Shown piece after piece: positions 12,550 to 24,819 of a stretch of 64,000 nt of DNA. The stretch is from positions 33,110,001-33,174,000 of the forward strand of contig NC_058368.1 of NCBI RefSeq assembly GCF_018350175.1, in the 5' to 3' direction. Position 1 is the first letter of the stretch. Each line of letters begins with the position of its first letter. The translations under genes were made by a program, and so were the position numbers. Origin of the DNA: Felis catus. Taxonomy: Eukaryota. The notes under the pieces are model-generated. The model was not told the DNA's origin. It saw only the letters and a program-made list of their open reading frames with translations, and searched no databases.

Positions 12550-13088
12550 AAAACATATCTTCAAGTTCGTTGCTTCTCTTTCATAAAAAAAAATGGAGAG
12601 TGCATTTCTTTTTCTTAAATATAAGCCTGCTTTCATGATTTACTTCTACAAAATGAAATGTAGAAAAAGTGATACTACACACTTTTCCAGGCTAAGTCAG
12701 AATAAAAGATAGTTTCTCCTTGTGTAAATTTCTCAGATTTTTGTTCCTTGAAAGCCCTAAACCTCTGGAAAGGATGCTAGCTTAGTTGAAGCTGCTGTAC
12801 TGTAGGAAGACTGTGCAGAGAGAACACAGTTAAAGGGGGACACTTGAAGGAGCTTCCCTAGCAGTCCCAGCCCCCGGCCATTTGAATCTTCCCAGTTCAG
12901 ACATGAGACGTCCAAGTGAAGAAGCAGTCAAGATGACCCCAGCCCTTGGCATTATCTGCCAGAATCCACATGAGACTCTGAGAGAGCCATTCAGTCAAGC
13001 TGCCTCCAAAATTCTAACACAAAAAACAAATGATTGTTTTTAAGCCACAAACTTTGGCGATTTGGTATGCAACAATAGATAGATGATA
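12550..13088 (+). mobile_element. MaLR LTR (MLT1-type)
   Basis: 3' end 'gattgtttttaagccacaaactttggcgatttggtatgcaacaatagata' resembles the MLT1 terminus. Confidence 0.7.
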
Positions 13089-13489
13089 TAGACTTTTACT
13101 TATTAATTCAAATTTATTTAGAAATTTCACTCTATAAAAATCTATGTTGATTGCTTTTCAGAAGTATTCTTAGCGGGTTTTTATATTTGATTTAAAATGA
13201 ACAGAATGAACATGATCACCATTAGGATAATAGCATTCCAGAAGCTGTTTAAAGTAACAGAAATCACTTGCATTTTTCCCAATTCCTTACAGTTATGACA
13301 GAAGTTCTTAACTTTGGATTGTGATCCTGTCAGTTTACATAAATAGAAATAGAATTATACAATATTTTGCATTAAAATATTTAATTAAATATTGGGTATT
13401 ATTTAAAGTAATACCAGAAGAATGATAGATATCTCCTTTACGCACAAATTTACCTAGGTTTTGGCCAGATCATCTCCTTACCCTTAATA

Positions 13490-13720
13490 TTTGTCAAATT
13501 ATGTTATAGAGTAAATGTTCCCTGATTCCCAGATCTATTTTAGAGCTCCTTTTTGTTCTTTCATAGGCCCATAAATTTCACTCTCACACTCTCCTATAAT
13601 TATCTGATTACCATATTGAATAAACTATTTAAAGATAGAAACTATATCTTGTTCAGTTAATATCAGAAACTTATGAATGGTAGCCAATTGGTATTTGCTG
13701 ATTATTGAATGCATTATTAT
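13490..13720 (+). mobile_element. L2 3' fragment (very degraded)
   Basis: 'taaactatttaaagatagaaactatatcttgttc' and a terminal 'ttgaatg' resemble an L2 3' end. Confidence 0.4.
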
Positions 13721-13780
13721 ATGAACTTATCAGGTAAAATGTCAACCTCTGTAGGCAGTGGATATAGAGTGGTCCTTATG

Positions 13781-14011
13781 TTTTTATTTTGTTTATTTTT
13801 TTAAATTTTCTAACATTTATTTTATTTTTGAGAGACTGAGACAGACAAGGAGTGGGGGAGGGACAGAGAGAGTGAGACACAGAATCTGAAGTAGGCTCCA
13901 GGCTCTGAGCTGTCAACACAGAGCCAGACGTGGGGATCAAACTCACAAACTGTGAGATCATGACCTCAGCTGAAATTGGGCTCTTAACCACCTGAGCCAC
14001 CCAGGTGCCCC
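13781..14011 (-). mobile_element. CanSINE (SINEC_Fc)
   Basis: Ends 'ctgagccacccaggtgcccc'; (GA)n and T tail on the left. Confidence 0.95.
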
Positions 14012-15059
14012 TGTTTTTCCTTTTCTTTAGATCCTTGTTCCTCATGCCATAGAACTGCAAGGAAGAGAAGCTCATAAAAGTATTCTTTTTCTACATATTA
14101 TTTTTAGTGTCCAGAGCAAGAGAAGGAGACATGAAGTTTGATAGTATCTTGGTATAGACTAAGTTTTCCCAAATAAGGGTCTGAAATGTGATCAGCTTTG
14201 GGAAGAATAACATAAGCAACTGCATTTGATGCTCACACTACAGATTCTAAAAGTAAATGAAACCAGAGGTGAACATAATTTTATAATCTTTGAATATGTT
14301 TGTAAGAGAAACATCCCCAAATCAATCTATACCTAGGAATAGAAGTGTACCTCCTAAGGCTTACATTGAAAGGTGGTTATATACAAGAGAGAAGAAGGAT
14401 AGGACTTAATGATTTTTTTTATTCTAAACTACTAAAAATGTCTTAGATTTCTTATAATAATTATTCTATTATTAAATCTTCGTATTTTTAGCTTGAGTTT
14501 ATAGTTTAGTCAAAACTTACACCTCAGAGGAAAAATGAGAAAACGGACAATTTCAGTACGTATATTTTGTTGAATTGGGCAGGGTATACTCAACTCCAAC
14601 ATAGATGCATGTTAAAAATATGTCCACAATTTTTTCTATAATTATTTTTGGTGCTGGCAATAACGTCATGAAATAATTAACACCAGAAGTCTCAAAAGGT
14701 ACCAGATAAAATATATTTATCATCTTATACAGCATACCATTTTTAGTTCACATCAGAAAAATAGCTTTTACAGTTTGCTACAGATGCTTCTTATTTAAAG
14801 TCATATTGTGATTCTTCAGTTTGCTTTGTTTTATTTGTTTTGGTCTAAAGAAGGATTGATTTCTATATTTTTTGTGTATTGACATACATTATTTTTCCAT
14901 TAAATGAATCATTTTTTACTCATCTTACTATTGTTTTAGTTTTTGGATGGCCCAAGATCTTTGGAATCATCTCTTCTATCTTGCATCTACTTTCAAGTAT
15001 CCCTAATCACTTTGGCCAATAAAAAGCATCAGTAAAAATCAATACATTGCATTTATGAC

Positions 15060-15220
15060 ACAGTCCCTTACTAGTCCTCTGACCTTGAGTAAATTACTCA
15101 GTTATTTTGAGCCTATCACTTTGTTTGTAAAAAGGGAAAGCTTTTTTTATGCGATTGTATAAGTGAATAAATTAAATCATACATACAAAACACTCAGTAC
15201 TGTGGTAGGCATTTAAGAGA
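15060..15220 (+). mobile_element. MIR fragment
   Basis: 'tgaccttgagtaaattactcagttattttgagcct' resembles the MIR core. Confidence 0.6.
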
Positions 15221-15289
15221 TGGATGGCACATTGGACTTGCTTTAGCCCTTTACACCATAGAAACAGAGTCTATGGGTGATATGTCAGG

Positions 15290-15540
15290 GTGGCCAAGTT
15301 TAGGAATTTGAAAACAAACGTCTTAGATTCTCATCTCATTAGTGTAAATACATTGGATGTTTTGTGACTTTAGACAATTTCCTAAACATATGTTTTTCAT
15401 CTCAAATATTATCTATATAATGAGATTAACAGTATGGGAATAATAGTAGTAATCTCCACCTTATGGACTTGTGAGATTTGATAAAATTGGTGAACGTATA
15501 TTGCTCAGGTAAAAAGTCTAGAAGATTATAAACATTCAAA
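15290..15540 (+). mobile_element. MIR fragment
   Basis: 'tgtgactttagacaatttcctaaac' and 'aataatagtagtaatctccaccttatggacttgtgag' are MIR-like. Confidence 0.5.
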
Positions 15541-15824
15541 GATATCAATTGTAATTATTTTGTCTACTAATAATATGTGATTTAGACTGATTTCTGATAG
15601 TTCCAGAATCTTAGCCATGAAATTTGATTGAATTTCTGTATGCAAATAGTGTGTTTATGTTGGAACATGCACTAGGTACAAAAAAAAACCCCTATTTAAT
15701 ATTATAAAGGTTTATCTCTAAAATAATTTATAATGGTTCAATTTTTTTGCATGTTATATTCAACACTTAGAGCATATTAAAGTCTCAGAACCATCAATTT
15801 AAATCTCCATTACATAACTTATTC

Positions 15825-16265
15825 TGTCAGGGGTCCCTAAGGTCCCCCAGACTCTGATTTGCTAGAAGGACACAAGAGAGAAAAACTGTTATACTCACAA
15901 CTGGTTAATTTTAATGAAAGGCTACACACACACACACACACACACACACAGGTACTGCAGAATGAAGTCCAAGAGAAAACACCTAGGTATCCACACCTAG
16001 GGGAGTTTCTCAGGGATGCACTTCATTAATTCTCCCAGCGACAATGTATAACATTGGCCCGAGTTTTCAGGCACACAAAAAACAGTCATTTGCCATAAAT
16101 GCAGTGTGACTCAAGGCCTCAGGCATATGAAAACACTCGTAGACAAAATATTCCAAAAACTTAGAGATTATCTGCCAGTAGCTGGACAAAGGCCAGTTTT
16201 TAAAATGGGTCTTTCTTTAGAATATGTAGGGTTTGAACAATGCAGGTCTGCTGAGTTAACATTTT
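15825..16265 (-). mobile_element. ERVL-type LTR (MER77/MER21-like) containing (CA)n at 15925-15950
   Basis: Starts 'tgtcaggggtccctaagg', ends 'ctgctgagttaac'; family and strand assigned from recall. Confidence 0.55.
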
Positions 16266-16631
16266 ATTAACAATTGTCCTCTTTGTATCATTCTTCCTAA
16301 TATTTTCCCTCATTTAGCTATTCCTTCTCAAGTTTTCTCAATATCTTTAATAAACTTGTTCCATGTTAAACCTTTATATCATTAATTATTAATTATTCTC
16401 ATAGTTTACTATTTCCACCCACTTCCCATCCATTGGAATATTTGATTTTACATATGTTTTTTTTTATTTTCTGGTTTCTATATGTATGTTAAATATATGC
16501 CTCTTTTTGTAGGTTTTGCTGTCTTTTCATTCTGATCAGCAATTCTGCAAGGTGACTGCTCTATGTCATTAAAATTATTGGACCAAATTGTCTTTATTTT
16601 GCTAAAACATAAACTTATGAGGCCTCTGTTA

Positions 16632-17122
16632 TTTTTTTTAATTTTTAAGGTATGATTTAAATATAAGATTGTAACATGTTTAAAGTGGAAATCATGGGGA
16701 TTTGATATATGTATACATTGTACAGATATTCCCCCATCTACTTAGTTACCACATTCTTCACCTCACCTCATATATTTTTTGTGAGAATATTTAAGTTCTA
16801 CCCTATTAGTATATTTCATTATGCAATGCCATGCTGTCAACTGTTGTAACCATGTTTTACATTAGATGCTGAGAACTTGTATAGAATCTTATAGCTGAAA
16901 CTTAGCACTGTTTCACCAGTGTCTTCCTATTTTCCCCAAACCCTAGCCCCTGGCAATCATGTTTTTACTCTCTGTTCTTATGAATTTGACTTTTTTTTTA
17001 AAGATACCACATCTAAGTCATACCGTACAGGATTTATTTTTGTCTGGCTTATTTCACTTTGCTTAATGTCATCAAGGTCCATCAATATCCTCACAAATGG
17101 CAAGTTTTCTTTCTTTTGCTAT

Positions 17123-17154
<32 letters not shown>

Positions 17155-17520
17155 GCACACACACATATATGTGTGTGTGTGTTATTTATATATATTTACA
17201 TGTAAATAATCTCACATATTCTTCATCAGTTCATCCATTGACAGAAACTTAAGTTTGTTCCATATCTTGCTTGACATTTGTAAAAAATGTTGCAATCAGT
17301 ATGGGAGTACATGTATCTCTTGATATCCTGTTTTCATGTCTTTTGGATATATACCCAGAAGCTGGATCATATGGTAGTACTTTCTGAATTTTTTGAGGAG
17401 GCACCACATTGATTTCTACAGTGGTGGCCAATATTGACATTCCCACTGGCAGTGCACAAGGAGTTTCTTTTCTCTGGCTCTTTGCCAACACTTGTCTTTT
17501 TTTATGTTAGCCATTCTAAA
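16632..17520 (-). mobile_element. Old L1 (L1MA-like) 3' end with an internal (CA)n/(TA)n tract
   Basis: Minus-strand ORF remnant 'LPYDPA..DTCTPILIATFF'; T-rich tail at ~16632. Confidence 0.85.
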
Positions 17521-18597
17521 TAGGATATATAAACTTGCTAGTATTTTCTTCACAAATACTACTAATGCTGTATTAAATAAATTAATAATGGTCCAACATT
17601 TAAGAATAAAATGGAGTGGAGGCCCCTACTGATGACAGAGAGCCAAAAATATGGAAATTTGAAAAAAAAAGTGGAGGGAGTTGGTTATTGTCGTAGCAGC
17701 AGGTACAAGTGATGGGAGAAAAAAAAAATTTGCTGCAGAGTTCCAAAAAGTCTAAGAAGTTGGCATCACCACTGATCTGAAAATATAAAAAAGTGGTGGG
17801 ACTGCTAAGAGGAAGATTTTCTGAAAGTTTATACAAGCAGCACATGTTTCTTCTAGACATATGCCCCCAAGGCATTAATCACATTGAAGTCAAGTTCCTC
17901 ACTCTGACAAGAGGTAAGTTATTCTTCCCAGAATATGAACAAACTAGAATTTAGCATCGAGGATCTTAAGCATATCAGAGTGCTAGCATGTGGCCTTTTA
18001 CTGAAAAGGAAAGGTTTGTAAATAGAGTGAATGATGAAAATGGCCTTTCCTCTTTAGCTCCCAGAAACCTGGTATTATGATTATTTCTATCACAAAAAGA
18101 TATAAAAATGTATAGAGATGGTTAAACAAAGCAGAAAACATAAACATCAGTCATTCCAAGATACAGAAAATGATGTCAAGTCCCAAATCATCACAGTAAT
18201 GTACACTTATTAATACCAACATAGTGTAAAGTTATTCTGATATAATATTTTAAGATTGACATCATTGGAGTTACAGTCCAGAGGAAATATGATAGTTGGA
18301 AATGTTGGTCTTGCAGCTCTAGTAATCGAGGAGAAGAGAACATGGGGGCAGGGACATGTCTTTATCATTATAATCCCAATAGTGTAATGTAATGTTGGGG
18401 ATATGTAAATATGATAACTTTTTCTGAAATCTATGTAAAAGTTTAAGAGATGAATAACTTCTGTAGAGCAACTCCTGTATTCTGTGGTCAACATAAAGGA
18501 ATGGTGATTTGGCTCCAGGCAGAGAAAAAAGCTGATTGGAATTTCAAAGGGTTATGTTGCTACACACTATTTATTGGTCATTTAAAATAGTTGTTTT

Positions 18598-19296
18598 CAT
18601 TTTGGCCACTCTGACTGGCGTGAGGTGATACCTGAGTGTGGTTTTGATTTGTATTTCCCTGATAAGGAGCGACGCTGAACATCTTTTCATGTGCCTGTTG
18701 GCCATCCGGATGTCTTCTTTAGAGAAGTGTCTATTCATGTTTTCTGCCCATTTCTTCACTGGATTATTTGTTTTTCGGGTGTGGAGTTTGGTGAGCTGTT
18801 TATAGATTTTGGATACTAGCCCTTTGTCCGATATGTCATTTGCGAATATCTTTTCCCATTCCGTTGGTTGCCTTTTAGTTTTGTTGGTTGTTTCCTTTGC
18901 TGTGCAGAAGCTTTTTATCTTCATAAGGTCCCAGTAGTTCATTTTTGCTTTTAATTCCCTTGCCTTTGGGGATGTGTCGAGTAAGAGATTGCTACGGCTG
19001 AGGTCAGAGAGGTCTTTTCCTGCTTTCTCCTCTAAGGTTTTGATGGTTTCCTGTCTCACATTTAGGTCCTTTATCCCTTTTGAGTTTATTTTTGTGAATG
19101 GTGTGAGAAAGTGGTCTAGTTTCATCCTTCTGCATGTTGCTGTCCAGTTCTCCCAGCACCATTTGTTAAAGAGGCTGTCTTTTTTCCATTGGATGTTCTT
19201 TCCTGCTTTGTCAAAGATGAGTTGGCTATACGTTTGTGGGTCTAGTTCTGGGGTTTCTATTCTATTCCATTGGTCTATGTGTCTGTTTTTGTGCCA
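18598..19296 (-). mobile_element. Inverted 5' segment of a young felid L1 (ORF2 C-terminal region)
   Basis: Uninterrupted frame [14 protein letters not shown]...[11 protein letters not shown]; begins immediately after the left TSD aaaatagttgtttt (18584-18597). Confidence 0.96.
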
Positions 19297-19950
19297 GGAG
19301 AAACGGGAACCCTCTTGCACTGTTGGTGGGAATGCAAATTGGTGCAGCCGCTCTGGAAAGCAGTGTGGAGGTTCCTCAGAAAATTAAAAATAGACCTACC
19401 CTATGACCCAGCAATAGCACTGCTAGGAATTTATCCAAGGGATACAGGAGTACTGATGCATAGGGCCACTTGTACCCCAATGTTCATAGCAGCACTCTCA
19501 ACAATAGCCAAATTATGGAAAGAGCCTAAATGTCCATCAACTGATGAATGGATAAAGAAATTGTGGTTTATATACACAATGGAATACTACGTGGCAATGA
19601 GAAAAAATGAAATATGGCCTTTTGTAGCAACGTGGATGGAACTGGAGAGTGTGATGCTAAGTGAAATAAGCCATACAGAGAAAGACAGATACCATACGGT
19701 TTCACTCTTATGTGGATCCTGAGAAACTTAACAGGAACCCATGGGGGAAGGGAAGGAAAAAAAAAAAAGAGGTTAGAGTGGGAGAGAGCCAAAGCATAAG
19801 AGACTGTTAAAAAACTGAGAACAAACTGAGGGTTGATGGGGGGTGGGAGGGAGGAGAGGGTGGGTGATGGGTATTGAGGAGGGCACCTTTTGGGATGAGC
19901 ACTGGGTATTGTATGGAAACCAATTTGTCAATAAATTTCATATAAAAAAA
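19297..19950 (+). mobile_element. Forward 3' segment of the same young felid L1 (end of ORF2, 3'UTR, A tail)
   Basis: [21 protein letters not shown]...SLLCGS stop at 19722; G-rich 3'UTR; AATAAA at 19930; right TSD at 19947-19960. Confidence 0.96.
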
Positions 19951-19960
19951 TAGTTGTTTT

Positions 19961-20435
19961 GACAATGCCAAGTGCTACTGAGGTTGCACAGCAAAAGGAA
20001 CTTTCATTCATTACCGGTGGGAACACAAAATGTTACAACCACAATCAAAGAAGGCTACACACTTTTAAGATTCCAATTGTAGGACATTTGGGAAAAGGAA
20101 AAACTATGGAGAAAGTAAAATGATCAGTGGTTGCCAGAAATTCAGGGGATGGGATGAATGAACAGGCAAAGCACACGGGATTTTTAGGGGAGTTAAAATA
20201 ATATATAATACCATGCATATGTCGATTTGCATCATCATACATTTATCTAAACCCTCAGAATGTACACTACCAAGAGTGAACTGTGATATAAACAATGAAC
20301 CTCGGTTGATTATAATGTGTCGATGTAGGGTCAGCAAATTAACAAATGCACCACTCAGTGGGAGATAGTGGAGAAGATCATTCATATGTGGGGGCAGGAG
20401 GTATAGGGGAATTCTCTGTACCCTCCTTTTTAAAT
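19961..20435 (+). mobile_element. Old L1MC-like 3' end adjoining the young L1
   Basis: 'aaaactatggagaaagtaaaatgatcagtggttgccag' and 'acaaatgcaccactc..ctctgtac' are typical of L1MC 3'UTRs. Confidence 0.75.
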
Positions 20436-20449
20436 TTCCGGCTTTCATG

Positions 20450-21118
20450 GACCCTAAAGGTCAGCCAGAGGTGAAAGATTAGCTTTCCTGGTGTTTTTGA
20501 GCATGCATCCGGTCTAGGGCATGCCTATGGCCTCCTATATTCTTCTGTATAAGTGAACTTTTCAGAACACTTATTCCTCCACATACTCTATCCCAGTCTC
20601 TTCCTTCCCAGACTTTTGGGTCTTGCGCTATCTATAATCCCTTGTCTTAGACAGCTGTAGCTTGTATATTTTTCTTTAAATGCTTTCAGAATGTACCACA
20701 CATGAGATTGTTTCCACCCTGAGAATGTTCTGAAGTTGGGGAAGCAAAGGCCAGCACACCCTAAAGCTATACCTCAAGAAGCCACCAGACAAATCAAATT
20801 CCACAACTACAATTTTTTTGACTAAAAGGTCCTCATTGTTCACTCTAGCGTCAGCAAGCTATACTGGGGATGTGTGCCCCTCCCCGTGACCATAACCAAG
20901 CTTGGGGTGAAGGATGATAGACAGTTAAGTTAAAATGCAGTAATGCTTCCTTACTGAAATTTAGCAGCTTCTTTATTAAGCACTTTTCTGGCTGTTGTAA
21001 GATTTTGATTCAATTGCAGAGCTCAAAAGAAGTTTATTCTGACAAATTTTCGCCAGCCTAATTGTTACATTAGTAGAAAGATAGACATTTGGAGTTCTGT
21101 ACTCTGCCATTTTGGGCG
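20450..21118 (-). mobile_element. Old L1M 5'UTR fragment
   Basis: 'gtcagccagaggtgaaag..gagcatgc'; ends 'tactctgccattttg', the reverse complement of a YY1-like L1 start. Confidence 0.55.
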
Positions 21119-21261
21119 CATCATCAGCAAAGTATTTTCTACCCTCCAAATATAACTTGATTAATAGTTACCATATATTTACTGCAACAAAAACCATACT
21201 GGATTCTAGCTGGAACTTATTCCTTCAGATGTTGAACATTAAAAATATTTTGAAGTTTTAA

Positions 21262-21337
21262 GGAAACCAATTTGACAATAAATTTCATATATTGAAAAAA
21301 AAGGAAATCAATTTGACAGTAAATTTCATATATTGAA
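21262..21337 (+). mobile_element. Tandem pair of ~35-41 nt felid L1 extreme 3' ends within one TSD
   Basis: Each unit matches the L1 terminus at 19915-19950 (ggaaaccaatttg.caataaatttcata); 21-bp TSD aaaaatattttgaagttttaa at 21241-21261 and 21338-21358. Confidence 0.9.
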
Positions 21338-22782
21338 AAAAATATTTTGAAGTTTTAAAAACAATGTAAATAATCAAATCACAGTGGGCAATACTTTAAT
21401 GACCCTAAATCTGACAATAATGGTACAGAGAGTAAATCATGGTACAATCAAAGCCCAAAGTGTTTGGAATGGCTACCAAGCAATCCTTTCCTTTATAAAG
21501 GATGATTTTAGGGTTGAAAAAATATATTGTGAACATAGAGCGTTGTGCCCACAAGCAGAATGTCTACTTGGCCAGCCTAAAATATAACTACAATAAGATT
21601 TTACAACATGGATAAACATCCTTTTATATCATATTATGTCTAATGTCACGAAGTAGTAGGATATATAGTACCTATCATGTCGGTACCTAATTTTCTTCCG
21701 GTTATTTCCTGTCTCTTTCTATTGCTAATGAAGATAAGCATGCTGTTACTACACAATTGGAGACTGATTGGAAATATCATAAGTATTTTAGGATATTTTC
21801 ATTGCATTAATTGCATGCTTATGCTAGGTAGTCTTGTTTATTTTTCCATTCATAAATTTTCCTTTAAATACATATATAATCTGTGTCTGTATTGTCAAGT
21901 ATTCCAATTTTACATTGAATGTGATCCTTAGATTTTGAGGAAATACTGGTAACTGTTAATCTATCCAGACTCACAGGGAGAAACATTCCTTTGTGTTGTT
22001 TGTGTGTGGTATTTTTATCTTAATCCTAGTTACACATCCTGAGTATGAAACTGGAGATCGGGTGGGATCTAGTGACTAAGGGCAGTGTTCATGTTCATTT
22101 TAAATGTTGTATTCTTCCCTCTTGTAATCTGGACATTTCTTTAAGAATTCTTTCTGCATGTTGCCTTCCCCTGGAGCATAAAAAGGGAACCAAAGATGGC
22201 AAATCACAAGTTTGGTTCCTTAATCCTTTGAGCTCTGAGCTTTGCCTTAGAAAATTCTTTGGAAATCGGCCACAGATATGCAGCATATCTGTGAACGGTA
22301 TCTCATTTTGTCCCCGAGGTCTTGTCTTGGATTCTTCCAGTGTCCATTATTCCTTATACTCCCACTACTTCCAGAAGCAGGATGGTTCAGTGATTCTACT
22401 CTCCTACCTTTGTACAAAAGTTGGAAAAAAAATCTCTCTCAGACAAGTGTGGGAAGACCTAAAGAAGGAATATTGAGAGCTGTCAGTGCATTTTTTCACT
22501 TTCCCCTTTCACAAACTTCTGTTTATGAAAACTCTTGTTATCTATGAGAAGGGATAATCACTAAGGAGAAATGAAACCATTTAACTTTATTTAATTGTAC
22601 TTTTTTAATTTTAGAAAATACTTTGGGGATGGTGCCTTGAATATGATAAAATTCAGATGTGTTGTCTATTTATCTAAGTATCTAATATAAAAGTGTTCTT
22701 CTCATAATTAACCATGGCTATTCCTTTAACAGTGTATCAGGGCAATTGGAATTTAACTGCAGGTTTAAAAAAATAACATTCA

Positions 22783-22997
22783 GGGGCGCCTGGGTGGCGC
22801 AGTCGGTTAAGCGTCCGACTTCAGCCAGGTCACGATCTCGCGGTCCGTGAGTTCGAGCCCCGCGTCGGGCTCTGGGCTGATGGCTCAGAGCCTGGAGCCT
22901 GTTTCCGATTCTGTGTCTCCCTCTCTCTCTGCCCCTCCCCCGTTTATGCTCTGTCTCTCTCTGTCCCAAAAATAAATAAATGTCGAAAAAAAATTAA
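22783..22997 (+). mobile_element. Young CanSINE (SINEC_Fc)
   Basis: ggggcgcctgggtggcgcagtcggttaagcg, intact A/B boxes, many CpGs retained; TSD aaaaaaataacatt at 22767-22780 and 22998-23011. Confidence 0.97.
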
Positions 22998-23469
22998 AAA
23001 AAAATAACATTTATATTACAATATGCAGAGATTTTCACTTTAGATTTTGATACTGTGGAAGGTATGAATGAAATTCCTTTTCAACCTAATCTTGCCTGTT
23101 AATTTTTAACGATTTTTGTTTAAAGCAGTTTTCAGAGTGAGCATCTTTATGACTATTTAAATATTATGCACACTATAGACATGTGCCATCACCCGACTTG
23201 TTTTCTTTCTTCTATTGCCTAATTTTTATGTACTTAACTTTACTATTCATCACTAACTCACCATCAAACATCCTGTCCAAGACTCCATCTTCTGACCATA
23301 AGTTTGAGGGTCACTCTTTAGTGTGAATTGTGTGCTTTCCAGACCGCTTGCACCCGAAACACCTGAGGACTTCTCTTCCGCATCATCTTCAGTATCTTCT
23401 CTGTCCCTCCCTCTGGTGCTGGAAACCCTGGGTCCTGGAACTGTGGCTTCCTCCTTCTTGCTTTACTAT

Positions 23470-24420
23470 CATTTTGTAAGATATCTTTCTTTGTAAGATG
23501 ACTTTCTGAGAATGTTGAGAGTATTTGCATATCTAGGGATGCATCTATTTTACATTCACACTTGTCTGATGATATGACTAGTATAGAATTCTAGCATCGA
23601 AAATAATTGCGTACAGATCTGAATTCCTTGGTGCTTTAAAATGTGGATTCCAGGACTGTTTTAAGTCTTTTGAAACTGTAACTCTCAATCATTTAAGTGT
23701 GTGCGTATATGTTTGTGTGATTTCTCTCCGGAGGCCTTTAGAATCTTCTCTTTTATTTTTGGCATTTTGAATTTCAACAGTTTAACAATGATGAGTCTTG
23801 GTATAGAATTTTAAGTTAGATTGTCCTTCAGTATGTAGAAAAAATGTTTTAATGTAGTTGATAATTTCTTCCCCTTAGTTTTCTCTGCATTCAGTTTGGG
23901 GATTCTTTTACTTCGTTGTTGGACTTCTTGGCTTAATATTCTAATGTTTCTACTTGTTTATACTTATTTTGTTTTCATGTACAATTTTTACAATGTTTGT
24001 TTGTACAAACTAGCGGAGGGGCAGAGAGAGGGGGAGAGAGAGTCCCAAGCAGGCTCTGTGCACAGACAGTGGTGCAGGTTCCATCTCAGGAACTGTGCAA
24101 TGGTGACCTGAGCCAAAATCAAGAGTCACACGCCTGCCCCACTGAGCCACCCCAGGCGTCCCTCATGTGCAACTTTAAAAGAAATTTATTGGCTGAATAT
24201 CCAACAATTCTAATGTTTGTTTAAATTTTTAAAGCTTATTTTTAACCCTTATAGATCCTTTTTATTCCTAAAGGATTCCCACTATATATTCTCCTGTGAA
24301 TAAAACAGCATCCTATCAATGAGTCATTTAGTTTGTTTTCTTTCATTATGCAATGGCTTAGATTTTTCTGTCGATCTGTTTTATTCTTTTATTTTAGAAG
24401 CTTTCTTCAAATCTGTATTG
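23470..24420 (-). mobile_element. Very old L1-like ORF1 relic, interrupted by a SINE
   Basis: T-rich stretch with 'gtatagaattcta' and 'gaatcttctcttt' motifs resembling those at 50340-50710. Confidence 0.4.
23985..24162 (-). mobile_element. CanSINE (older)
   Basis: Ends 'ctgagccaccccaggcgtccc'; degenerate TSD tcatgt(a/g)caa. Confidence 0.88.
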
Positions 24421-24449
24421 GACCTAGTGGTTTGTTTACACGTAAGAAG

Positions 24450-24491
24450 TGTATCTCTATGGAGATTAATGTATCTCTATGGAGATTAATG
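24450..24491. repeat. Perfect 20-bp tandem duplication (tgtatctctatggagattaa)x2
   Basis: Read directly from the sequence. Confidence 0.95.
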
Positions 24492-24819
24492 AAAGCTTTG
24501 TCTTTGATGAGCATCACTATTGGTCGCTCAAACTGGAACCAACTATTTCTTTTTAAGGAAAAGTAACTGCCATTAACATTTGATCCATTATTTGGGGCTA
24601 GTATGTTTCACAAAAACAATTGTCCAACCTGCCCTCCTTATCAGAAATGTGGCAAGTGTGGGAAATGCTTCACCATTCAGTATGTACACTTTATCATTCA
24701 GTCCGCTTATTCTTATATATTCCCTTGCCCTCATTTGTGCTTTGGGTTTCCAAATCCTCTGATTTGACCTTCTGAGAGAGAACAAACTTGCATTTCTTTA
24801 CCATGTTGATGGTTGGCGT

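Noticed and set aside
13776..14075. Recurrent ORFs containing 'SAQVMISQ..LTAQSLEP'
   Set aside because: Translations of the SINE body, not a gene family.
17600..17920. Purine-rich stretch ending in a donor-like GAG|GTAAGT
   Set aside because: No matching acceptor and no recognisable open frame.
21241..21358. Repeat-spacer-like pattern suggesting CRISPR
   Set aside because: Eukaryotic context, no unique spacers and no cas genes; explained by a TSD plus L1 tails.
22783..22870. tRNA-like A and B boxes as a tRNA gene (also in other copies)
   Set aside because: These are the tRNA-derived heads of CanSINEs, followed by (CT)n, an A tail and TSDs.
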